NCBI RefSeq assembly: GCF_028641065.1
Contig: NC_073381.1
Span: 27,032,001-27,096,000, forward strand
Reading direction: 5' to 3'
Source of the DNA: Leucoraja erinacea
Lineage: Eukaryota
DNA length: 64,000 nt
A program made the position numbers and the translations under genes. Shown here piece by piece: positions 11,203-22,494 of the stretch. The stretch's first letter is position 1, and every line of letters starts with the position of its first letter. The notes beneath the pieces are model-generated. The model was given only the letters and a program-made list of their open reading frames with translations, was not told the DNA's origin and ran no database searches.

Positions 11203-11650
11203 ACCCACCCCCCAGCGGCGCTGTCCTTTTACAGCTGCTTCCCATCAGCTGCCAACAATGAGGGATAGATTTGGCTATCCCTCAGTACAGCAACAATGAG
11301 AGATAGCCAAGTCTCTTTCTTCGCTAACAACCTAACCTTCGGCCACTAAGATGCAGGTAAATTTTTGCGCCTTATTTCTGGGTAAAAAAAAAACAAAAGA
11401 AATTTATTTACCACATTATTTGTACACGAACTCCATTCTTCTCTCTTTGTTTCTTAAGATACTCTTAGGATAATGACAATCCATGTTTGAAAAACCCGCC
11501 AAGAATCTTGCGTTGTGCATGCGCAGTAGGCTGCTGTGCAGCACATGCACGCAGTCCATGGTGCAAAGGCAGAATTTCAGCTGCCTTCAGCTCCCCTTGT
11601 CATTGAAGGCTTGAAGCAGCATCGACGGCACGCGAGATGTACATACCTTC
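11203..11650 (-). promoter_or_regulatory. Putative promoter region upstream of the retrocopy/host exon
   Basis: Unique sequence contiguous with the CpG-rich segment; two CAACAATG SOX-like sites (11253, 11291); NRF1-like TGTGCATGCGCA (11514-11525, 1 mismatch). Confidence 0.3.
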
Positions 11651-12377
11651 ACGTATTACATGTACTGCGGATGAAAGGAACGGGAGAATTATGCCTACCT
11701 AAGAGATGCCTCCCTTGCCTTTACTATTTATATTTAATAATTACCATTTTATAATTTTAGTCAGGGTAGGCAGTACCTACCTTGCCAACCCTGATGGCAC
11801 GTGCCTGGTGTACGTGTGTTCTGTATGCGTGAGTGAATGTGTGCATGAACTTTAATGAACACATCGCAAAACACTCCCCAGAAGGGGGCCTCTCCCAGTG
11901 ATCCAGCGGCATTCGATATAAACTTCCCACAGAGGCCGGCAATAAATACAGAAGTTGCAGGTGGTGATGGCTCCCCATCTGGTGCCCCTGTGTGTGGGGA
12001 GATCATTGTAAGTCCAAAGATTGTTAGAGCCATTCAGGTAAATATTGAAACTCACACAGGCAATGGTGGCGTACCTCTTATTTATGAGCCTGGTAACTAG
12101 GGTGAAAACTGATGGTGCAGCCAATGGGTTTGCAGCACCCAGTGGTGAAAAGACCACAGAACTATAGTAGAATGAACAAGGATTACTTAAACAATGCAAG
12201 TGTATTACTGATTGACCCGTATTGGGTTTAAGACTCACCCAGGTCATGTGGGAAAGATGGGAACATGACAGTAGAATCTAGTCAAAGGAATTAATTTAAA
12301 TAAAATAAAATAGATATGGAAAAGGAAGGGGAAATGAAAGACGGGAATTTAACAGACTTTCAGCTAACCAGACTTTC

Positions 12378-12654
12378 TGCCTTACAGTGCCAGAGCCCCG
12401 GGTTCGATCCTGACTACAGGTGCTGACTGTGTCTGTTTGTACCCTCTCCCCATGACCTGCGTGGGTTTTCTCCAGGTGCTCAAGTTTCCTCCCACACTCC
12501 AAAGACGTACAAGTTTGTAGTTTAATTGGCTTGGTAAAAATGGCAAATTATTCCTAGTGTGTGTAGGGTAGTGTTAGTGTGCAGGGATCGCTGGTCAGCG
12601 CGGACTCGGTGGGCCCAAAGGCCTGTTTCCGCTCTGTATCTCCAAACTAAACTA
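12378..12654 (+). mobile_element. V-SINE (HE1-like)
   Basis: GGGTTCGATCC B-box, V-domain, GGCCTGTTTCC...(TAAAC)n tail. Confidence 0.75.
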
Positions 12655-13054
12655 AAAGGAGCACAGCACAGGAAGAGGAAAGAGAATAATGTGAATGGAA
12701 ATCGAGCCTGTTTCCATGTTGTGTGATTCTATGACTCTAAATGAGTAAGATCTTTGGAAAGGGGGTGTACACACCCAGCACAAGGCTGCCGAGAAGTCAC
12801 AAACAATGTTCTCTACTTTAACTGCAATTAACATGGAAGTCTTGACCAGACTACAAAACAGTAGATGCTTTGCACAGGGTCTAAAACTGGCATTAAGCCA
12901 TTGTTTGGCACACAAAAAATGCCAAACAGGTTCCATCTTAGTTTTGTGGAGATTAGACTAATTATCCAGTCTTATCATTTATCTTATCTTAGGCCTCTGT
13001 CTCAAATTACTCTTTATCCATTTCTTCACATATAACAAAAAAAAAGTTGGATTT

Positions 13055-13305
13055 GTTTAATTTAGAGGTACAGTATTGAAACAGGCCCTTTGGCCTACGT
13101 TGGACTACGCTGATCAATGATCACCCGTACACTAGTTCTATGCTACACACTTGGGACAATTTACAGAAACCAGTTAACTGACAAACTTGTACATCTTTGG
13201 AATATGTGAAGAAACCGGAGCACTGCAGAAAACCTACGCAATCGCTGGGAGAACGTACAAACTCCGTCCAGACAACACCTGGCGCTGTAAGGCAGCAACT
13301 CTACT
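13055..13305 (-). mobile_element. V-SINE (HE1-like), degenerate
   Basis: Reverse complement of the same SINE consensus (GAAACAGGCCCT...GAGAACGTACAAACTCCGT...GGCAGCAACTCTAC). Confidence 0.65.
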
Positions 13306-13754
13306 GCTATTAGTTCTATTAATAAAGACTGGACATCCCAAAGCTATTTCACTACTCCTCTGCCAATCTTCAAGGAGTGGCAAAAAAAACTGAAATGTGA
13401 CACAAAATAATATACATTATGAGGCCAAAGCAGAACAACAAATATTTTGATGCATTTTAGCCTTCAGTATTCAATCGATCAACAATCCGTTCAAACAGTT
13501 ATTTTCTTAAGCACAACACAGTCCTAAGCTGGGACTAGTCAGTAACTCAATTTTTGCACAACACAGCTAATATTGTTGTTGGGTGACAAACTACGGAAAA
13601 TGTTTATCACACCTCATAAAAAACCAATGCTGACATTTTGGCAACAATATTTTGTGCAAAGTAATTTCAGCATCATGACACAAAAGTGACAAGTCTGTAC
13701 TAAAATAGGGAATGGGAAATTACCTGTGATACATTGTCCCTCATTGCTTCTCCA

Positions 13755-14855
13755 TTGCAGCAGCGTTCATCTCCCGGGGAGGTAGTTGGGGGGCGTCTCC
13801 TCGTGGTGGATGTAATGTACCGGGGCTCTCCGCTCCGGCTGAATAATGTGTACACCTCACCCGTGCAGATCAAGACGATCCGACAGTGCCGACACAGACT
13901 GGACAGCACCTCCAAGCTCCTGCTGGAGATGGTAAAAGACGCAAAGCTGTGCAACTCCTTCAGCGACCCTGCAGGCGGGTCCCAGTCGCGGTTCACCTGG
14001 TCGAGATCGAACGGTTCAGTCCGGTCCCGGATAGATTTCCTCTTCACGTCGAAGGCCATCATGGTCAGACACACCTACCTCACACCTACCGGTGTTCTTC
14101 TCTGACCACACCTCAAAATGCCTCATTGTCAAAACTTACCAACAAGCACCAAGACCTGGCTAGGCTGGCAGTGAGGGGAGCCCTCCCAGTCTGATCCTTC
14201 CTGCACCGTGGAACCTCATTACCAGCGCACGCTGCCCTCGGGACGGCTGCTATGGAGAGGAGACGGTTGCCCACCTCTTTGCAGAGTGTGGATTCGCAAA
14301 GAGAGTCTGGAGAGGTCTGTAAGGGTCCCTGTCACGGTTTATTCTGAACAGCTCCGTCACAGAGGACTCTGTGATTTACAGACTGTTCCCAGGAACGCAT
14401 TCAGAGACTGACCGAGTGCTGCTGGAAGGTCATCAACTCGGTGAAAGACGCTCTTTGGTCTGCCCAAGCACCACCCAGCAGAGCGAGATGTCCGTCAGGG
14501 AATGTTGCCGACTGGCCCGCTGCAGACTGCAGGAGTACGTGCTGAGGGATGCACTGAAGCTCGGTGCAGCCAACGCCAAGGCTTGATGGGGGAGGAACAC
14601 AGTTTAGGTTCCTTCCACTGCTGGACATGGGGGGCAGGGTGTGGTGGAGACACCCCTCAAAATAAGAAAGGGATTCCCTCCGGTGGGCCACATGAGTGAC
14701 AAGGGTGGAGGGTAAATTTGTGAAATTTGAGCAATGTAGGTAGACTGTATTGCGTATTTTGTATGGCCTCCGAAAATGTCGTATGAATTTTTTGCACGGT
14801 TCACGTATTCGTATATATTTATTACCTAAATAAAGTCTATTTTGAATTTTTTTTT
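13755..14855 (+). mobile_element. Internally deleted Tx1-clade LINE (EN fragments joined to C-terminal zinc-finger region and 3'UTR)
   Basis: EVVGGRLLVVDVMYRGSPLRLNNVY and SRIDFLF (endonuclease); LTNKHQDLARLAVRGALPV...CPRDGCYGEETVAHLFAEC; RCRLQEYVLRDALKLG; AATAAA at ~14828; RT absent. A second 3' end follows at ~14870-15145. Confidence 0.7.
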
Positions 14856-15164
14856 AAAGTTAATCTCCCAGAAGCTTGATGCAGCCAACGCCAAGACTCT
14901 ATCGGGGAAGACCACAGTCTAGGTTCCTTTCAATGCTGCACATTGGAGAGAAAAGTCTGGTGGAGACACCCCTCAAACGAGGGAAGGGACATCACCCCAG
15001 GGGTCCACATGAGTGGCAAGGATGCCTGGTATAAAATAAGGTTTTTGTCAACATCACTAAATACAACGTTAATGATTGTATGTATAGCTGCTGAGAATGT
15101 TGGAAGATGTTTTGCATAGTTCTTATTTTGTATATATTCTTTGTACATATTGCCGCTTTTCACG

Positions 15165-15442
15165 CTTGCAGTGCCAGAGGCCAGGGTTCGATCCCGACCA
15201 TTGCAGTTGTACGGAGTTTGTACGTTCTCCACGTGACTGCATGGGTTTACTCCGAGATCTTCGGTTACCTCCCACACTTCAGAGACGTACAGGTTTGTAG
15301 GTTAATTGGCTTTGTCAATGGGTAAATTGTCCCTAGTGTGTGTAGGATAGGGTTAATATGTGCGGGCATCGATGGTCGGCACGGACTCGGTGGGCCGAAG
15401 GGCTTGTTTCCGCACTTTATCTCTAAGCTAAATTAAACTAAG
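15165..15442 (+). mobile_element. V-SINE (HE1-like)
   Basis: B-box, V-domain, CR1-type tail. Confidence 0.7.
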
Positions 15443-17346
15443 TAAAATTTATGTTTGGGAAAAAAAGAAGAGCGGCACAAAGTTGCATTTGAAAACCAGG
15501 CAGAATGTTTACTGAGAGAGTTTATGTACAGGATGTGCAACCTTCAAGGGAAATCAGTGTCAATCATCAACTCTGATTACATTAACAAAACATAGAATTT
15601 CACTGCAAGATATCTTCATCGTGGGGTCCAATAAGAGATTCAATGTGGTGCAGTTTTACTCAGGTCTACTGATTGAACATTATATTTCTGTAGCTTTAAC
15701 ACTTTCATAAAATAAAACGAGCCCAATGTCATCAGCATCAGTACAAATTCATTTGAGCCTCTGATGAGAAAGCAGGATGAAATGCAATTATTCAAACACA
15801 AATTTAATTTAAGCAAAAGGGAAATAAATAGCCTCAAACACAAAGCAGTGTGTTGTGCGTATTCCATGTGGAGCCCATCGGTCAGCAAAGGCCAGAGCCT
15901 TTAAAACAGGTAATAATGAGTCGAAGTAAAAGCAATACTTCAGCTTAAACAAGCATTCCACTGCGAGTCTGCATACACTCAGCAACATACGTGACAGATT
16001 TAAAGCTACATTTAATCCCGTTTCAGTTAAAGTGTTTCACAAAGCTCTGAGCACCATTAAAATTTCATACCACAGTCCCTCTGACCATGAGATCTGAGTT
16101 TATAAATGTGGACTCCCTTGGTAGGGTCCCCTGCCCCGCTGGGAATTCATGTTCATTAAAAAAAAAAAAACCCTCTGATGTCCCTTTTGAGATAGAAAAC
16201 AAGGGGACAGCAACAAAATGATTATTTGGATTACTGTGAACTAAGAAAAATCAGTAACTCTTTTTCAGCGTGCATCTCCCTGGTAAGCTGTAATGTTCAT
16301 GCAGTCTTTAGTAATAGACACTGATGAGCTATCTAGAGTGAATTCTGCAACCTCACACAGCCGGGGGGGAAACAACATTCAAAGTAAATGTGCATATTCA
16401 GGCTTACTGTGTTAATCCTGGCTAAATTGGACCAGCTAGAACTTCAAAATGGGGTTAAGTTTCAGGGTTGCTGGGAGATTTGGTCAAATTGGAATTACTC
16501 TCTGCAGAGCTGGGACAGGCTGCGAAGAGGTGGCAGAATGTCTGGAGCTTAGATACAATTTGCAAACAAAGAATGGGAAGATCTGCAAACCCTGTCAATC
16601 TGGTGCAAAATGCATAGAATGGATTGGATGGCTGTTGCAGTCTGACTTTGCCAAGTGTTGATTGGATGAGGTGATGAGCCTTGTCTGGGTTTTCTGTTAA
16701 TCAGGGTAAATGTTTCCAAGTTGACTTCATCTAGAAGTCCATTGTGAACTATTGTGGTGAACATCCCACAAGCCGATAGTGTTACAAAATATTTAAAAAC
16801 AAATTCTGCCATTGATTTTATTGGTGATTTCTGGGCTAGGAAGAACAACCATTTCAGATAACCTATCTCAATTTTTTGTTTATAGTGGTGCCAAAGTTTG
16901 TGGTTCTTTGTAACTGCATAACAATATAGAAGTGTGAAAACGCACACCTCCAGATTCAGGGACAGTTTCTTCCCAGCTGTTAACAGGCAACTGAATCATC
17001 TTACCACAACCAAAGTTCATAGAGCGGAGCAAGGTAGACCACTCCTGCAAAATCCAATAGACTGACATGTAGTGCGCAATGGAGGAGAATGTCCGCCATT
17101 TTGGGAAACCCGACCCAACTTCCGTTATGCCTCTCGCAGTGTAATCAGCATTTTGGGGGAACAGTATGTGTGTGTGATATAGCTCATCTACCAAATTTTG
17201 TTGATTTTCTTTTAAAATGTTTTCCTCCCTGCTTAATTCATCTGTTTCTGCTTATTTCCCTCCCATCCTTCCTCCCCATCCCCCTCTTTTTCTGCAGTTT
17301 CCCTTGTATTGCTATAACCTACACTATGCACAAATATAACTGCTGG

Positions 17347-17806
17347 AGTCTGTGAATGTCCGTAAGTGGCCCGGCCAGAGTCCGGACTTGAACCCGATCA
17401 AACATCTCTGGAGGGATCTGAAAATAGCTGTGCATCGACACTCCCCATCCAACCTGACAGAGCTTGAGAGGATCTGCAGAGAAGGATGGGATAAATTACC
17501 CAAATACAGGTGTGCCAAGTTTGTAGCATGATACCCAAGAAGACTTGAGGTTGTAATCACTGCCAAAGGTGCCTCAATAAAGTACTGAGTAAAGGGTCTG
17601 AATACTTATGTAAATGTGATATTTCAGTTATTTATTTTTAATTATTTTGCAAAAATTTCTAAACATCTGTTTTCACTTTTTTATTGTGGGCTATTGTGTG
17701 TAGATTGCTGATAAAAAAAAATGAATTTAATCCATTTTAGAATAAGGCTGTAACGTAACTAAATGTGGAAAAAGTGAAGGAGTCTGAATACTTTCTGAAT
17801 GCACTG
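17347..17806 (+). mobile_element. Tc1/mariner transposon 3' fragment
   Basis: WPGQSPDLNPIKHLWRDLKIAVHRHSPSNLTELERIC...AKGASIKY* transposase C-terminus; right TIR ends CACTG followed by TA. Confidence 0.85.
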
Positions 17807-17843
17807 TATATATATGTGATATATATGTATGTTATAAATATAT

Positions 17844-17880
<37 letters not shown>

Positions 17881-17968
17881 TTCTCCCATTCGTTCTTGTA
17901 ATTTCCTCTAATTATTTGTTGAGCAATTCCCTTTGCTCCATAGATGCTGCCTCACCCGCTGAGTTTCT

Positions 17969-18201
17969 NNNNNNNNNNNNNNNNNNNNNNNNNNNNNNNN
18001 NNNNNNNNNNNNNNNNNNNNNNNNNNNNNNNNNNNNNNNNNNNNNNNNNNNNNNNNNNNNNNNNNNNNNNNNNNNNNNNNNNNNNNNNNNNNNNNNNNNN
18101 NNNNNNNNNNNNNNNNNNNNNNNNNNNNNNNNNNNNNNNNNNNNNNNNNNNNNNNNNNNNNNNNNNNNNNNNNNNNNNNNNNNNNNNNNNNNNNNNNNNN
18201 N
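17969..18201. other. Assembly gap (233 N)
   Basis: Run of N. Confidence 1.
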
Positions 18202-19604
18202 GTGAATAAAATATCAATGAACACATGCCAAGATATCTTTTCATTCTTTCATTCTATATTAGTGTAATAAAATGTAGTGTATACATACACACCTACACTG
18301 ATGCAGAAGTGTGAGCTTCGGACATGAATAATGTACATTGCTACCATAGTTTAGTATTTAATTTAACATATATTTGAGGGGGTTGGTCCAATATAATGCT
18401 AACCCTCACTTTGTAACACTGATGGAGCGATTTTTGGACCCTACCTGTTTCCACGGGAACCTACCTCAAAACACCAATTTAACCTGATGGCGATCTCATG
18501 TGAACAACCACGCAGCCAGTCTTTAGGCAATAGGTCACGTTGCGATATTTAAAATGGAAATTGTTGCTTCTGATTTTTGCATGTTATAATCTAGAAATAC
18601 AGTGCGAACTACTTTGTGGACAAATGGCATGAAATCACGGGCTCTGACAATGGACGGGCTATAAGCAACATATGGCTGTTACTGATATTTTAGTGACTAT
18701 GAAAATATAAGACAAAAAAATATAAAACACAAAAAGCTGGAGTAACTCAGCGGGACAGGCAGCATCTCTGGAGAGAAGGAAGGGGTGATGTTTCAGTTTG
18801 AGACCCTTCTTCAGCTTCAAATGAATCCTTCTTGGTCCAGTAGGTGAAATTACTCCATCTGATGCATTTGCAGGAATCTTCAAGTTGCTGCTTTTTATTT
18901 TATTTTACAGAATGGGAACTGGACATTTTTTGATATTTTATGACTAAATAGCAAAAAATGTCTGATAGTTTGTGTAATATTCCAAGTTTTCCAAAATTAG
19001 TGTAAAACTAGCGATAATCACTGGGCTACAGTGCATGGAGTTAAATCAGAAACGGTAACTTAAAGAAGCAACTTATCAAATAAGGTGTCGGCTAGTACAT
19101 TGTTGCCTGTACTAAAGCCACATCTGAATATTACTATCTTAAAAAAAACCTACAGACTAAATTTTATCATTTTAGTGCCTCAGCCCCACATTAAATGAAG
19201 ATTGATAACGAAGTTATCTATTGATATCACAATTTCTGACATGGAGTCATAGCACGCATTTAAATTATAATTTATACCTAATACTTTAAAATACAACTTT
19301 TTCAAAGACGCAACAGTAATCAAATTGATCCTGAAGTTATTTCACAAAAATTGAGCCACTAATTTCTAGATCATAACAGTGACAATCATTTCTATATTAT
19401 AATTCACACAGTGCGTGCATTTTTCACTGCAATGCCATTCAAAAAAGTTTGCACAATGAATTAAATTAATTGCATGTTCCAAACTTGGGAGAAATTACTT
19501 CTTTGGAGATAACGCGGTGAGTGCATGGACTTAGGAATGTTGTTGTTATGGTGCAAGTGACTCAAATCGCGTAATCGTGGCTGCAGACTAATGGGGCCCC
19601 CATT

Positions 19605-20225
19605 ACATAGAAACATAGAAAATAGGTGCAGGAGTAAGCCATTCGGCCCTTCGAACCTGCACCGCCATTCAATTTGATCATGGCTGATCATTCAACTCAG
19701 TATCCTGTACCTGCCTTCTCTCCATACCCCCTGATCCCTTTAGCCACAAGGGCCACATCTAACTCCCTCTTAAATATAGCCAATGAACTGGCCTCAACTA
19801 CCTTCTGCGGGAGAGAATTCCAGAGATTCACCACTCTCTGTGTGAAAAAAGTTTTCCTCATCTCGGTCCTAAAAGATGTCCCCCTTATCCTTAAACTGTG
19901 ACCCCTTGTTCTGGACTTCCCCAACATCGGGAACAATCTTCCTGCATCTAGCCTGTCCAACCCCTTAAGAATTTTGTAAGTTTCTGTAAGACCCCCCCTC
20001 AATCTTCTAAATTCTAGCGAGTACAAACCGAGTCTATCCAGTCTTTCTTCATATGAAAGTCCTGACATCCCAGGAATCAGTCTGGTGAACCTTCTCTGTA
20101 CTTCCTCTATGGCAAGAATGTCTTTCCTCAGATTATGAGACCAAAACTGTACGCAATACTCCAGGTGTGGTCTCACCAAGACAACTGCAGTAGAACCTCC
20201 CTGCTTCTATACTCAAATCCTTTTG
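19605..20225 (-). mobile_element. CR1/HER1 LINE 3' fragment
   Basis: ORF 19697-20179 VRPHLEYCVQFW...GYGEKAGTGY; (CATAGAAA)n tail. Confidence 0.85.
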
Positions 20226-22494
20226 CTATTAATGTGCCTTAATATAATAACATTAATGTGCGGCACTGGCATTTCTAACGTGGCGCTGCGTACTCTGCAC
20301 TTGCAGGCAAAGATACTAATCATGAAGCCGGTTCCGAAGATGGCGCTAAAAATTAGCCATGACCTACTACGGCTTTTTCGCCGACTGGACCATCTTGCTC
20401 CACTCTATAATCTTTGAGCACAACTAGAGAGCAGTCTTGAACTACTATCCACCTCATTGGTGACCCGCGGTCTATCTTTGATCAGAATTTACTGGCTTTA
20501 TCTTGCACTAAACATTATTCCCTTGTCATGCATCTATACACGGTTTGATTGTAATCATGTATTGTCTTTCCGCTGACTGGTTGGCACGCAACAAAAGATT
20601 TTCACTGTACTTCGGTACACGTGACAATAAACTAAACTGATAACTTTAGCCATTAAACAATTATCCATCTAATAATACCAATATTAATATTTATTATCCA
20701 GTCAGTCTTTGCAGAGCTGTGCTGGCCTGTCTGCATTCAATGTGCTCATCCAACTAACCTGGTTAGTTTTGAGTTACTGACCTTTCAACTATTAAGTTTA
20801 TCACTCATTAAGCTAGTCAGTGTATGGCAAAGAAGCCACAGTTGGACAGTCTGACAGAAAAAAACTCAGAATTGGTGTTGGTTGGTTAAGTAAAACTGTG
20901 AAATCTGCAGTAAATGTTCTGCTAGGTTTCAAATCTCAGAATGACTTCCACCAGTCTCCCACCATTCTGTCAAAGCTAATGGTTAGTTTTTTTGTGTCTA
21001 TCTTCAGTTTAAGAATGGTCTCAACCCAAAACGACATCCATTCCTTCTCTCCAGAGATACTGCCTGTTCCGCTGAGTTACTCCAGCATTTTGTGTCTACT
21101 AATGGTTAGCTCATCAGTCTATAATGAAACCGGTTTCAGCTCAACCTGACCATTTCTTCCATATGTTTATCCCACCAATCAAATATCTACAATACTCAGC
21201 ATAGGTTCTCAGCCAAAAGGATGTGGACAAGGCATACGAGGACGGTCAGAACTATTTGAACTAGATATCAGAATAAATCAAAGGGTGGCTAGGAAATGTT
21301 GGAAGAAAAATGCATCATACAGGTCCTTCACAGGTTACAGCAAGGCTCTGTTCTTGAAAATTCTTCATAACCCCAACCATTCACAAGCTGGAAATGCAGC
21401 CACGATCCATGTTCCTGCATGTCTACAGCCAGCAAATCCATCCTGCCCAACTCCCAAATACTCGCTCGTATGTACTGACTGTATTTTGATAATTCAGTGG
21501 GGATTCGATCGCTGGAGGAGACCTATGCAATGTCTTCACAAATGTTTACCAATCATCTTCTCCATCTGATACCTATGCACCAGCGGCAGAGATCCTTCCA
21601 TTGTCAAGCACAATGCTCCTGGTTTACTCAAACCAGGTGCTGATAACGGAATGAGCGATCAACAAATATTTTTAGGCTACCCCATGCACGCTCCTTCCTG
21701 CTTTGTGCCATCACCATTAACTATATAAATAGTTTATCTGCGTATCCAAAAAAATGTCCATCATCTTTCAGTTCAGAGGCTGAGACCTTGGCTCATAGTC
21801 TGACGAAACAAAAAATGCAGTGAATATGCAAAATCTGCAGAAAGACCTCAAGAGAAAGTGGGCCTAAAGTGCAGGAGTAACTCAGCATGTCAGGCAGCAT
21901 CTCTGGAGAACATGGAGAGGTAACGTTTTGAACATGGAGAGGAAACTCTTCAGACTGGGAAAAATGGGGCATTAGTTTTAACAATTTAGTATCAATAGGC
22001 AGTGGATCCCATTTGGATGTTAGGGGGATAACTTGTTGGCCAGTTTTTGGAAACATTCATCAGCTCCAATGTAAAAAAGGTTCATAGGGAAATTTTGGGA
22101 TGCGAGTATGACATTTGGAAAAAGGATTTGCACACAGAGCAGTAACCCGCAATGTTGCTGGGCAGTCAAGAACATAAGAACTCTAACCTGCTATTAACCT
22201 GAAATATTTCACTAGACTACATGCAATAGAAACTGTGCAGGGTCTAAAATGGCATAAAGCCATTGATCAACGTATTAAAAATGCCTCCGAAAACAACAAA
22301 ACAGCACTTCACTGCTGGATGAAGTTTAAAACAACATTGAGACTGGCGGGTGACAAAGGGAGCAAATATTTCATGAACAAAACAAAAAATATCAGAAGCT
22401 GGAATTATGGAATACAAACAGAAAATGCTGGAAACACTCAGCGGGTCAGGCAGCATTTGCAGAGAGAGAAATAAATTTAACGTTTCAAATTTAG

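Larger units (their letters stand above)
17011..20416. mobile_element. Non-autonomous cut-and-paste transposon with 8-bp TSD (hAT or P superfamily)
   Basis: 30-bp TIRs, 24/30 identical (CAAAGTTCATAGAGCGGAGCAAGGTAGACC vs revcomp of 20387-20416); TSD ACCACAAC (17003-17010) / AGCACAAC (20417-20424). Confidence 0.7.
16925..20645 (+). mobile_element. Rex1/Babar-type 3' fragment split in two (16925-17010 and 20417-20645) by a DNA transposon
   Basis: KTHTSRFRDSFFPAV frame ends ...CATCTTACCACAAC and resumes AGCACAACTAGAGAGCAG...GTGACAATAAACTAAAC. Confidence 0.6.

Noticed and set aside
11145-11204. 20-aa N-terminal extension of the ATP5F1D ORF in the track (MGRGRLV...)
   Set aside because: Starts at a GTG outside the TSD; it is 5'UTR plus flank. 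The ATG at 11144 gives the expected length and presequence
11855-12100. 81-aa plus-strand ORF (MNTSQNTPQK...)
   Set aside because: No recognisable domain or splice context; open frames of similar length exist on both strands here
17912-18267. ORFs full of X
   Set aside because: Artefacts of the N gap
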